Shown here: in pieces, positions 56,280-64,000 of the stretch
Position numbering within the stretch: the stretch's first letter is position 1
How the letters are laid out: each line of letters begins with the position of its first letter
DNA from: Candidatus Omnitrophota bacterium
GTDB taxonomy: Bacteria; Omnitrophota; Gorgyraeia; Duberdicusellales; 4484-171
DNA length: 64,000 bases
Reading direction: 5' to 3'
Assembly (NCBI GenBank): GCA_003154195.1
Contig: PMCS01000005.1
Coordinates: 9,449-73,448, forward strand
Position numbers and translations under genes: made by a program
Notes under the pieces: generated by a model
What the model was told of the DNA's origin: nothing
Databases searched by the model: none
Seen by the model: the letters and a program-made list of their open reading frames with translations, nothing else

Positions 56280-57434
56280 TTATAGCCTAAGCTTCTGCAG
56301 TCTCCGACATGCCTCATCAAGCTGCGCATCTTTTTTGGCAAAAACAAATCGCACCAGATCATCGCCGGCACAATCATGATAAAATGCAGAACCGGGTACC
56401 GACGCAACCCCTACGGTGTTAAGTATATACCTTGCCTTCTCTTTACTGGTTTTCCCCGGAACAGCGCCGACATCGGCAAGCACATAATACGCTCCCCGAG
56501 GAATAAACGGCGTAAGGTTTATTTTATGCAACACATCACATATTTTATTTCGTTTACGCGCATACTCAACGCATAAATTCGCATAAAAATCATCCGATAG
56601 CCCCTCTATACCCCTGGCAACGCCCATTTGAAGAGGGGCAGGGCTGCAGACATACACCAAATCATTTATATACCCTATAGACTGAGCCCATTTCTCATGG
56701 CATACACAATACCCGATACGCCACCCCGTGATACTAAACACTTTTGAATAACCCGAGATGGTTATCACTCTATCCTGGATACCGGACAGCGAACCCGGAC
56801 TTATATGAGAAAAACCATCATACACAAAATACTCATATATTTCATCAGTAAAAATAAACATGTCGCGTGCAACGGCAAACTGCACAAGCGCCTGCAATTC
56901 ATTTTGCGAAAATATCTTGCCGGAAGGATTTCCTGGAGTATTGATCATGATCCCTTTTGTCCTTGGCGTAACCAGCTTTTCCAACGAACTCATATCGAAT
57001 GTCCAATCCGGCGGCATAGTGCGGACATACACCGGCTTTGCGCCGACCGCCAAAAGCGTGTTGACGTGATATCCATAGTAAGGCTCAAAAATAATCACTT
57101 CATCGCCGGGGTTAAGAAGCGCAAGACAGGCAGAATAAAAAGCACCGGTCGCACCGCATGAAACAACGATATTCTTTTCCGGATCGGCATTAATCTTATT
57201 ATATTTTTTCAATTTTACCGCGATAGCTTTTCGTAATTCAAAAATACCATCATAGCGCGTATATTGATTAATCCCCGCGTCGATAGCGTCTTTAGCACCC
57301 TCCCGCACAAGCCGCGGCAACGCTAAATCGCAAATGCCCTGTGATAAATTGATACCACCCACTTTATCACATTCAATGGACATCGCCCGTATCTCTGATT
57401 GAACAATCTCGTCTATACGTGCATTAACCTGCAT
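56280..57434 (-). CDS. Class I/II PLP-dependent aminotransferase
   Basis: INLSQGICDL..., NPGNPSGK, SGYSKVFSITGWRIGY (Lys motif), and TRYDG. Confidence 0.75.
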   Translation of the reverse strand: MQVNARIDEIVQSEIRAMSIECDKVGGINLSQGICDLALPRLVREGAKDAIDAGINQYTRYDGIFELRKAIAVKLKKYNKINADPEKNIVVSCGATGAFYSACLALLNPGDEVIIFEPYYGYHVNTLLAVGAKPVYVRTMPPDWTFDMSSLEKLVTPRTKGIMINTPGNPSGKIFSQNELQALVQFAVARDMFIFTDEIYEYFVYDGFSHISPGSLSGIQDRVITISGYSKVFSITGWRIGYCVCHEKWAQSIGYINDLVYVCSPAPLQMGVARGIEGLSDDFYANLCVEYARKRNKICDVLHKINLTPFIPRGAYYVLADVGAVPGKTSKEKARYILNTVGVASVPGSAFYHDCAGDDLVRFVFAKKDAQLDEACRRLQKLRL

Positions 57435-57462
57435 ATATCCTCTCTTGATATCCTACCCGCGG

Positions 57463-58167
57463 TTACCGGCTGCTTCGTTTCATATGCATATCATACCGCT
57501 TGATTTTTTTAGTATATCCCTTCGGCGCGTCTACCCATTCCAAACCATCTTTGCCCGCTATTTGAATTAAAGGAATACGCTTATACTCAACAAAACCCAA
57601 CCGCCCATAAAGACGGCATGCCCGTTTATTATCAGAAGCAACACGAAGAGTATAAGCAACCAGGCCCAACTGTTTTTTACCCCAATCAATCATATGCAGA
57701 ATAGCGTTACCCATAATACCGGGGTATCCCGGTTTACCACGTAATATATTGTCGATTTGGCACATTTTTTGACGAAAATCAAACCTGAAAAGCCCTACGT
57801 GGCCGATATACCGATTACGAACTTTGATTAGAAACAAAAGCCGGTCAGGCGCTCCGATGACTTTTTCTTTAAACCATTTGGTAGTCCTTAGTGTAGTAAT
57901 CTTAAACTTAGCAGGAAACCACTCTTCGTTCTCTTTACGCCATCGCCCTAGCTCATGCATTAAATTTTTCCGATGCCTGCACTCCGCAGTAAGAAGAATA
58001 AGTTTATACCGCAGGCCATCAAAAACACATGGTACAACAATCTTTCCAAACGGCTCATGCTTGAGCGTTCGCAATGCACGCAATACTTTGGTCTCATACA
58101 AATGAGTTTTATATTTAGTGTTTGGCATATGATTACCTCCATGATCAAACACGAGCTTGACGATCAT
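57463..58167 (-). CDS. GNAT-type acetyltransferase, probable sugar N-acetyltransferase
   Basis: C-terminal GNAT core IGHVGLFR...GYPGIMGNAIL...RACRLYGRLGFVEY. Sits inside the sugar locus. Confidence 0.5.
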   Translation of the reverse strand: MIVKLVFDHGGNHMPNTKYKTHLYETKVLRALRTLKHEPFGKIVVPCVFDGLRYKLILLTAECRHRKNLMHELGRWRKENEEWFPAKFKITTLRTTKWFKEKVIGAPDRLLFLIKVRNRYIGHVGLFRFDFRQKMCQIDNILRGKPGYPGIMGNAILHMIDWGKKQLGLVAYTLRVASDNKRACRLYGRLGFVEYKRIPLIQIAGKDGLEWVDAPKGYTKKIKRYDMHMKRSSR

Positions 58168-58219
58168 ACTTTTAAAAAAATTTTCATTATCTAAAAACGG
58201 ATAGATTCCTTCCCCAAAC

Positions 58220-58456
58220 TTAGATATGCTCCCGATAACACTGTATCGTTTTATCTAAGCCTTGCCGCAAGGTATACTTTGGTTTCCAACCCAGTATGGT
58301 CCGGGTTTTAGCGGTAATCCGCGATTTGCTAATAGCCTTATCAATACCGGCAGCATCAGCCTCTCGGTCAATCAAAGCTTTTGTCGACCAAGACCCTAAA
58401 AACCCGTCATAGCCGGTTATTAAAATACGTTTATTAGTCCAAAAATGTTTATCCAT
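58220..58456 (-). pseudogene. Internally deleted remnant of a CDP-glucose 4,6-dehydratase (rfbG) gene
   Basis: The 78-aa product joins an RfbG N-terminus (MDKHFWTNKRILITGYDGFLGSW) directly to an RfbG C-terminus (ILGWKPKYTLRQGLDKTIQCYRE). Compare the intact paralog at 45734-46723. Confidence 0.6.
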
Positions 58457-58465
58457 GCGTATCGA

Positions 58466-59251
58466 TTATTTCCACACCTTCCATGGCGGATTGCCGCTCT
58501 GCCATAATTTCTCAAGCTCATTTTTGTCTCTTAACGTATCCATGGGTTTCCAAAAACCATGATGGCGGTACGCAGTTAACTGGCCGTCTGCCGCTATATG
58601 TTCGATCGGCCCTTTTTCCCATAGGATGTTATCATCGCCTAAATATCGGAATATTTCCGGCTCCAGCACAAAAAAACCGCCGTTTATCCAGCTGCCGTCG
58701 CTTTTCGGTTTTTCCTGAAAAGAAGAAACAGCGTCATCCTTGCGTAACGCCAATGTTCCAAACCTTCCGGGAAGCTGGACTGCGGTTACGGTCGCATATT
58801 TTCCGCTTTTTTTATGAAACCGCAGTAATTGCCGTACATCGATGTCACCCACGCCGTCGCCATAAGTAAGCATAAACGTTTTATCGCCGACATACTCTTT
58901 GACTTTTTTAATTCTTAAAGCGGTAAACGTATCGATACCGGTATCAATCAGGGTAACCTTCCACGGCTCAAGCTTACGGCGATGGACCTCAATCTTATTA
59001 TTCTCTATATCAACCGTAATATCCGACTGATGGGTGAAATAATTAACAAAATATTCCTTAATAATATACCCCTTGTAACCCAGGCAAAGCACAAAATCGT
59101 TAAACCCGTAAGCCGAATAGATCTTCATGATGTGCCAGAGAATCGGCTTCTCTCCTATCTCTACCATAGGCTTAGGCTTTAATTCGGTCTCTTCGCTTAA
59201 CCGCGTGCCAAAACCGCCGCATAAAATAACAATCTTGCATTTTTCTTCCAT
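58466..59251 (-). CDS. rfbF: Glucose-1-phosphate cytidylyltransferase
   Basis: IVILCGGFGTRLSEETELKPKPMVEIGEKPILWHIMKIYSAYGFNDFVLCLGYKGYIIKEYFVNYF is near-canonical RfbF. Confidence 0.85.
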   Translation of the reverse strand: MEEKCKIVILCGGFGTRLSEETELKPKPMVEIGEKPILWHIMKIYSAYGFNDFVLCLGYKGYIIKEYFVNYFTHQSDITVDIENNKIEVHRRKLEPWKVTLIDTGIDTFTALRIKKVKEYVGDKTFMLTYGDGVGDIDVRQLLRFHKKSGKYATVTAVQLPGRFGTLALRKDDAVSSFQEKPKSDGSWINGGFFVLEPEIFRYLGDDNILWEKGPIEHIAADGQLTAYRHHGFWKPMDTLRDKNELEKLWQSGNPPWKVWK

Positions 59252-59263
59252 AATCCACCTCGC

Positions 59264-60331
59264 TTATTCCACTATCGGCAATAATTTAAAAATATTGACA
59301 ACCTTAGCCTGCAATCCCACGAGAAATGAACAACGCATCAATGCATACAATACTAATTTACCAAAATTTCTTAAATTAGCAAACCCCGTAAAAAATATTC
59401 TCCAGGAAAATATCCGCCGCAAAAGGCCGCGCCCTTCTTTATCGCGGTTTTGCCGAATCATATTTTTTACGATTTTTACATCATCCCAAAATATATTATA
59501 TTCATATTGAAGGATAAGTTTTTTTTCTATCGGCCGCGTAAGCGCCGAAGATTTCATAAAATCCGCAAGAACTGTATAAAAATATGACCGCGTAACGCGA
59601 TTATTTTCGTATGAAGTCGAACCCTGGCCGCTGCTGATACGCCTTCTTAAAAGACGTTCCTTTAAAATAGCAACTGAAAAATGTTTTGCGGTTTGTAAAA
59701 TAAACGCGACATCGCCCGCGCCGCCCAAGCCGCCAACAGTATATTCATCATTAAATTCACCGGCAACATCAAAAACCTGCTTGCGCGCCATAAGTGCCGG
59801 CCACACAAAAAAACTCCCGCAACGTTCAAGCAACCCCTTTAACACATCGGCGAAAGTGAATACCTCTCTATTACGCAAACATCTTGGTAAACTCACTCCC
59901 AGCGAAATAACACGATCGCGTTCATCAATAAGTATATCGCGCGCGAATACTACGCCAACCTCCGGACGATTAAGCAAAAATGATAGCTCAGATTCAACGA
60001 TGCGCGGATCATAGATATCGTCGGAATGATAAAAAGCAATATATTCATAACGCGCAAACATACGCGCTTTAATGGAGTTTTTTGCCGGCCCAAGATTAGT
60101 TTGATTACGGTAATATTTTATCCGCGAATCGGAAAAAGACTCAACCACTTCCCGGGTATTATCCGTAGAAGCGTTATCGCAAACAATAATCTCGATATTC
60201 TTATAGGTCTGGTTTACAATCGATTGTAACGTTTTTCCGATATACCGCCCATGGTTGTAAGTCGGGATACAAACACTGACAAAAGGAAACGATTGAACTC
60301 CCGACGTAGCTTTAAAGCCGCTATTGGACAT
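59264..60331 (-). CDS. GT2 family glycosyltransferase
   Basis: VSVCIPTYNHGRYIGKTLQSIVNQTYKNIEIIVCDNASTD GT2 N-terminal signature. Confidence 0.75.
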   Translation of the reverse strand: MSNSGFKATSGVQSFPFVSVCIPTYNHGRYIGKTLQSIVNQTYKNIEIIVCDNASTDNTREVVESFSDSRIKYYRNQTNLGPAKNSIKARMFARYEYIAFYHSDDIYDPRIVESELSFLLNRPEVGVVFARDILIDERDRVISLGVSLPRCLRNREVFTFADVLKGLLERCGSFFVWPALMARKQVFDVAGEFNDEYTVGGLGGAGDVAFILQTAKHFSVAILKERLLRRRISSGQGSTSYENNRVTRSYFYTVLADFMKSSALTRPIEKKLILQYEYNIFWDDVKIVKNMIRQNRDKEGRGLLRRIFSWRIFFTGFANLRNFGKLVLYALMRCSFLVGLQAKVVNIFKLLPIVE

Positions 60332-61622
60332 GGCTTAGCATCACCTTTTTGCTATTAATAAAAATAATGCTTAGATAAATAACGTAAGAGATGATCGCCG
60401 AACCGACGGCGCCCGGCATCCCTGCGGCCGGTATCAGCAGAATGTTAAAAAAAATGTTCAGCAAAACCGCGATTATGTTAGCGAAGGCGGTAAGTTTTAC
60501 CCCTTCCTTGCCGCAAGACATCGCAAGCGCGCCGTACCCGCTGTTGACAAACAGCATAATCGAAGCAACGGCAAACATCAGCGCTAATTTTATATCAAAA
60601 TGATAAGCGCTGCCGTAACATTTAAAAATTACAAACTCGATCGCCGCCAGGCAGGGAATCCCCCCAAGAAACGCGTACGGCACGATATGGTTGATTTTTG
60701 TAAATAAAAATGACTTATCCTTTAAGCGCGATGCCATGGGGAAAAAAACGCTGTTAAACACCAGAAACGCCATGACTACCATTATATTTACCGAACCCAC
60801 GTAATATACGCTATAGGTGCCCACGTCGCTGATGGTAAGATATTTATTGATCAGCACCTTATCTAAATTTGTACAAACGCTGAAAGAAATAGTACCAACC
60901 GCCGCGTACGCGCTATATTGAAATAATTGTTTAAGCCGGGAACGGTCGAGCGTAAAGCCAAGGTAATTACGGGTTAAAAATATAATTATACAAATAACTG
61001 TAATATACGCAAGGCATATTGATGCAATCGCGGAAACGGCGGATACGCGGCCGGCAGCGATAAATACCAAAAAAATCATTAAAGCCATTATAGCGCATAA
61101 AGGCTGTATAACGGCATAGGCCTTCATTTTGAACAAACTACGCAGAGCATCCATCATCAGAGTATACAAGCTGAACAAAAAAGCAAAGATAATGGCCATC
61201 CCCAGGATACCCCGGCCTGCATGGATCAAACGCGTTAAATACCCGAAAAACCATAAATAAAGGCATATTGAAACAATACAAAAAAAGACGGTCAGCAAGA
61301 ACGCGCTGGAGATGATCACTCTTTGACACGCCGGGTCGTCTTTCTCCGCGGCATATTTTACCATTGCCACATTAAATCCCTGAAGCATGGGAATATATAA
61401 AAACATGGCGATCGACTGGGTAAGCATAAAACTTCCGTACGCCGACGGCCCAAGCGCTCTTCCCGCCGCTACGTTGAAGATATACAAAAAAACCGTCGCC
61501 AACAACATGCCTCCGCCGATCCGGTAGAGACTGTCAAAAAAATTTTCTTCCCCGGCGCTCATTTTGCTACCGAATGTATATTCGTAACCACGACGGATAA
61601 GGTATTTAAAAAGCTTTTGCAA
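60321..61622 (-). CDS. Wzx-type polysaccharide flippase (MOP superfamily)
   Basis: 12-14 TM helices, 433 aa, position in the glycan locus. Confidence 0.6.
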   Translation of the reverse strand: MQKLFKYLIRRGYEYTFGSKMSAGEENFFDSLYRIGGGMLLATVFLYIFNVAAGRALGPSAYGSFMLTQSIAMFLYIPMLQGFNVAMVKYAAEKDDPACQRVIISSAFLLTVFFCIVSICLYLWFFGYLTRLIHAGRGILGMAIIFAFLFSLYTLMMDALRSLFKMKAYAVIQPLCAIMALMIFLVFIAAGRVSAVSAIASICLAYITVICIIIFLTRNYLGFTLDRSRLKQLFQYSAYAAVGTISFSVCTNLDKVLINKYLTISDVGTYSVYYVGSVNIMVVMAFLVFNSVFFPMASRLKDKSFLFTKINHIVPYAFLGGIPCLAAIEFVIFKCYGSAYHFDIKLALMFAVASIMLFVNSGYGALAMSCGKEGVKLTAFANIIAVLLNIFFNILLIPAAGMPGAVGSAIISYVIYLSIIFINSKKVMLSHVQ

Positions 61623-61667
61623 GTTTTCTACCCTAGAACTCGAAAAATGCTACCTTCCTAACGGCAG

Positions 61668-62807
61668 TCAGGCATTTTCCGGGTTAAGCAAAGTAATATA
61701 TTTCAACTCTAATTGTTTGGCAACAGCAGGCCAGCTATAGCGTTCGGCAGCCAATTTTCTTCCTGAAACGCCGAGATTTTCGCGTAAAACGCTGTTTTCC
61801 GCTGCCTGCGCCATCGCCTTAGCCAACGCCCCTTCGTCTCGAAAGGGAACAAACATGATGTTATCACCGTCTTTTCCTATATGGGAAAGCATGCCGATCC
61901 TGGTAGAAATAACCGCCAATCCCGCGGCCCAGGCCTCCAGGACGGTCAACGGCAGACCTTCCAAAAGCGACGGCAGCACAAATACGTCAGCCAGACAATA
62001 CGTTTGTATTAATTTGCCGCGCTCATCGACGGCGCCAAAAAACTTCACGTATCCTTCCAGGCCGAGGCGACACGACAACTCTTCCAAATCTTTTCTCGAG
62101 GGCCCGTCCCCCACTATCCATAATTCAAATTTTAAATTGCGCTCTTTTAATACCGTAACCGCTCTAAGTAAATAATCCAGCCCCTTCAGAGGTTCGATTC
62201 TTCCCACATAGATAAATTTTACGCCCCCGTTTTTACTTAAGCAAAGATTATTTTTTGCCTCTCCGAACTGTTCATAATCAACCCCCGCGATGTTAAAATA
62301 TTCGAAATTGCGCAGTTTATATTTTTTAAATAAAGGCAGAAGATTATAATCAATGGTGATGATTTTATCAAATAACCCAAACCTTAAAAAAAACCATTCC
62401 GAATAACGTTTAACAACCGCCAAGTGGGGATGAGGAAAAGTGATGCTGTGACATGTCTGGATTACAGGGATGCGCCAAATCTTCGCCCACAAAGCAATAA
62501 AAAAACCCAGGTCGCAGGCGTGGCTGTGTATGATATCGGGCTTCAGTTTTTTTAAAATAAAAAAAGACTTGAAAAAAAATAAGGCCAGCGACAATACTCT
62601 TTTCAGGTTAACCCCATCCCAATCGAAAGATGAGGTCAACAACCCGAATTTATAAATATTTTCCTTAGATATTGCTTCTCTGCTGTTAGCGGTAAGCACA
62701 AACACATCATGGCCGGCCGCTGCCTGCTGGATCTGAAGATTATAAACACAAACCGCGTCGCCGCCGATAGCGTTGGGATATTTTTTCGTAACATGCAATA
62801 TGCGCAT
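61668..62807 (-). CDS. GT4 (GT-B fold) glycosyltransferase
   Basis: The C-terminal PSLLEGLPLTVLEAWAAGLAVISTRIG contains the EX7E-type motif. Confidence 0.75.
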   Translation of the reverse strand: MRILHVTKKYPNAIGGDAVCVYNLQIQQAAAGHDVFVLTANSREAISKENIYKFGLLTSSFDWDGVNLKRVLSLALFFFKSFFILKKLKPDIIHSHACDLGFFIALWAKIWRIPVIQTCHSITFPHPHLAVVKRYSEWFFLRFGLFDKIITIDYNLLPLFKKYKLRNFEYFNIAGVDYEQFGEAKNNLCLSKNGGVKFIYVGRIEPLKGLDYLLRAVTVLKERNLKFELWIVGDGPSRKDLEELSCRLGLEGYVKFFGAVDERGKLIQTYCLADVFVLPSLLEGLPLTVLEAWAAGLAVISTRIGMLSHIGKDGDNIMFVPFRDEGALAKAMAQAAENSVLRENLGVSGRKLAAERYSWPAVAKQLELKYITLLNPENA

Positions 62808-62859
62808 AAGCTTCTGAAAATATTAACCAGCCGGAAAAAGTTGGCTTGCCACCGGCTGA

Positions 62860-62990
62860 AGTCAGTGGATTTGGTATAGCCAGCGCTAATTTTGACGCAG
62901 CAAAATTAGCGCTGGCTAATTCGACTGCTGCCTCACTGAGCGCGCGTAGCGCGCTCGTTCGGCGAAGTCTCATTATTAAAAATCAGCCGT
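62860..62990. repeat. Intergenic repeat element family 2, copy with covarying hairpin
   Basis: ccagcgctaattttgacgcagcaaaattagcgctgg + ctaattcgactgctgcctc + ggcgaagtctcattatt. Confidence 0.6.
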
Positions 62991-63752
62991 TTGAATAAAC
63001 TCCCTGAATTCCCGCACCCGAAGCGCATCGCGGCGGGAAAATAAAAACGGCTCGACATCTTTTGCTAAAAGTTCAAAGCTATAGCCGGCGCACTGCGCAA
63101 TAAGCCGTTCCTTAAGCGCACCCGCGTCCGCGATGCCTAATTTTTCCGAAAGATACCGCATGTCAGGCCTGGTTTTTCCCATAAGAAACACGATATCAAA
63201 ATAGTCGCGTCCCATTTGCCGTTTTCGCGTAAATACACAGGAAATTTTCTGCGCGAGCATAACCGGCGCCGGAACCACGCCGATTTTCATAAACACATCG
63301 AATTTATTTAACAGTATAATATCCGGGTTATAATCAAACTGCTGCGGTTCGGCATCGATACGAATAACCATTTTTTCCTGCGCCTGCGCCGATAATCCCT
63401 GCTTATAAAGCATCCCGGGAAAAGTTAAATATATGTGGCACGCGCCGCGGCAGGCCGTTTTAACTTCAACCGATATCCCTTCACGCTCAAGCGCCTGCTT
63501 AAGATGCCCCGCTACGGACGGAAAATCTTTTTGCGGGATACCTCGGTTATCAAAATCAAGGTCTTCGGAAAAACGAGTATTGCCGTGCACCATGTGCACA
63601 GCCGTACCGCCCATAAAACACAATTGCCCTCCCCACGGCGAATCAAAAATATTTTGCAGTATTTTATACTGCAGATATTCCCGCAGGATATGCCGGCCGA
63701 ATACCGCTATGGGCGCCGGAAAAAATGACGCGATCTGCGCTAGATCAATCAT
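62976..63752 (-). CDS. AbiEii-like nucleotidyltransferase (DUF1814; type IV TA toxin family)
   Basis: LCFMGGTAVHMVHGNTRFSEDLDFD matches the AbiEii GG-T-A-xxx-G-x-R-x-S-E-D-L-D-F motif. Confidence 0.6.
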   Translation of the reverse strand: MIDLAQIASFFPAPIAVFGRHILREYLQYKILQNIFDSPWGGQLCFMGGTAVHMVHGNTRFSEDLDFDNRGIPQKDFPSVAGHLKQALEREGISVEVKTACRGACHIYLTFPGMLYKQGLSAQAQEKMVIRIDAEPQQFDYNPDIILLNKFDVFMKIGVVPAPVMLAQKISCVFTRKRQMGRDYFDIVFLMGKTRPDMRYLSEKLGIADAGALKERLIAQCAGYSFELLAKDVEPFLFSRRDALRVREFREFIQTADF

Positions 63753-64000
63753 ATCCCATCACCTTCATAAACAGGCGCGCGCGGCGCGCAAGCGCCGCGC
63801 AGGCAAACCGCTCAATAAAATTTTCAAACGTACTACGCTTTACTGCCGCCGTAAACGCCGCCGTATTCAAACGCACACTCTCAATATCCGCAGGCGTATT
63901 AAGATACGGATTCAAATACAAATAATCGAGTACGGCTTTTTCCGGCGCTGCCATCCTCACCGGGCGGCCATATAAATAAATAACCGTATAGCCAAAAAAA
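63745..64000 (-). CDS. AbiEi-like antitoxin, C-terminal part (5' end beyond window)
   Basis: APEKAVLDYLYLNPYL resembles the AbiEi C-terminal region. The reading frame continues without a stop to position 64000. Overlaps the AbiEii-like start. Confidence 0.4.
   Translation of the reverse strand, partial: FFGYTVIYLYGRPVRMAAPEKAVLDYLYLNPYLNTPADIESVRLNTAAFTAAVKRSTFENFIERFACAALARRARLFMKVMGYD

Noticed and set aside
1-64000. Possibility of an alternative genetic code (UGA recoding), which would explain the absence of called ORFs in 1-4950
   Set aside because: Dozens of long standard-code ORFs with recognisable domains are present throughout. The missing ORF is explained by it running off the window edge without a stop.
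1-64000. rRNA, tmRNA, RNase P or SRP RNA genes
   Set aside because: I looked for their characteristic conserved blocks in all intergenic regions and found none. The only canonical RNA gene is tRNA-Asn.

Overview
This window is a 64 kb bacterial chromosomal segment that is gene-dense and almost entirely transcribed on the minus strand. Only ComF and two LptF/LptG-type permeases are on the plus strand. Its content indicates a Gram-negative organism: LPS-export permeases, a Wzx-type flippase, a T2SS-F/PilC-like protein and a CsgG-like lipoprotein. The giant genes and dense intergenic palindromic repeats are reminiscent of uncultivated lineages such as Omnitrophota, but that is inference only.

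Housekeeping genes I can support are dnaX, recR, smpB, an rluA-family pseudouridine synthase, a rho lacking its N-terminal domain, and tRNA-Asn(GTT) with a terminator.

The ORF track has no entry for a giant minus-strand ORF occupying the first ~5 kb. It starts at ATG ~4950, has a signal peptide, and runs off position 1 with no stop, so a start-to-stop ORF caller would miss it. I translated it block by block and found a single frame with no stops. Its N-terminal ~430 aa are paralogous to the N-terminus of the 1213-aa protein at 35784-39425, and a complete GalE-like epimerase domain is embedded in it.

The most interesting candidate system is a LysW-like amino-group carrier protein (17634-17897). 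It is a zinc ribbon with a long polyacidic tail ending in EDGE. A lysine 2,3-aminomutase, two Ddl-like ATP-grasp ligases, an LmbE/PIG-L deacetylase and a GNAT follow on the same strand. None of the classical LysXZYJK partners is present.

A second large block (43.3-62.8 kb) is a surface-glycan locus. It holds a CDP-3,6-dideoxyhexose core (RfbF, RfbG, RfbH-like), an internally deleted rfbG remnant, a TPP-dependent ALS-like enzyme, two HpcH-like aldolases, a DHQS-like cyclase, two aminotransferases, a GNAT, four glycosyltransferases and Wzx. An AbiEii/AbiEi pair follows at the window edge.

The intergenic DNA is unusually structured. At least three families of 100-200 bp palindromic repeat elements are present, one with compensatory base changes in its stem. 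There is also a recurrent AT-rich perfect palindrome, T5-7GC-N3-GCA5-7, found six times, and in two cases it abuts the ATG. A four-helix-bundle (23S IVS-type) gene is flanked by inverted tandem repeats. All functional assignments rest on motif-level recognition from reading the translations; no database search was possible.
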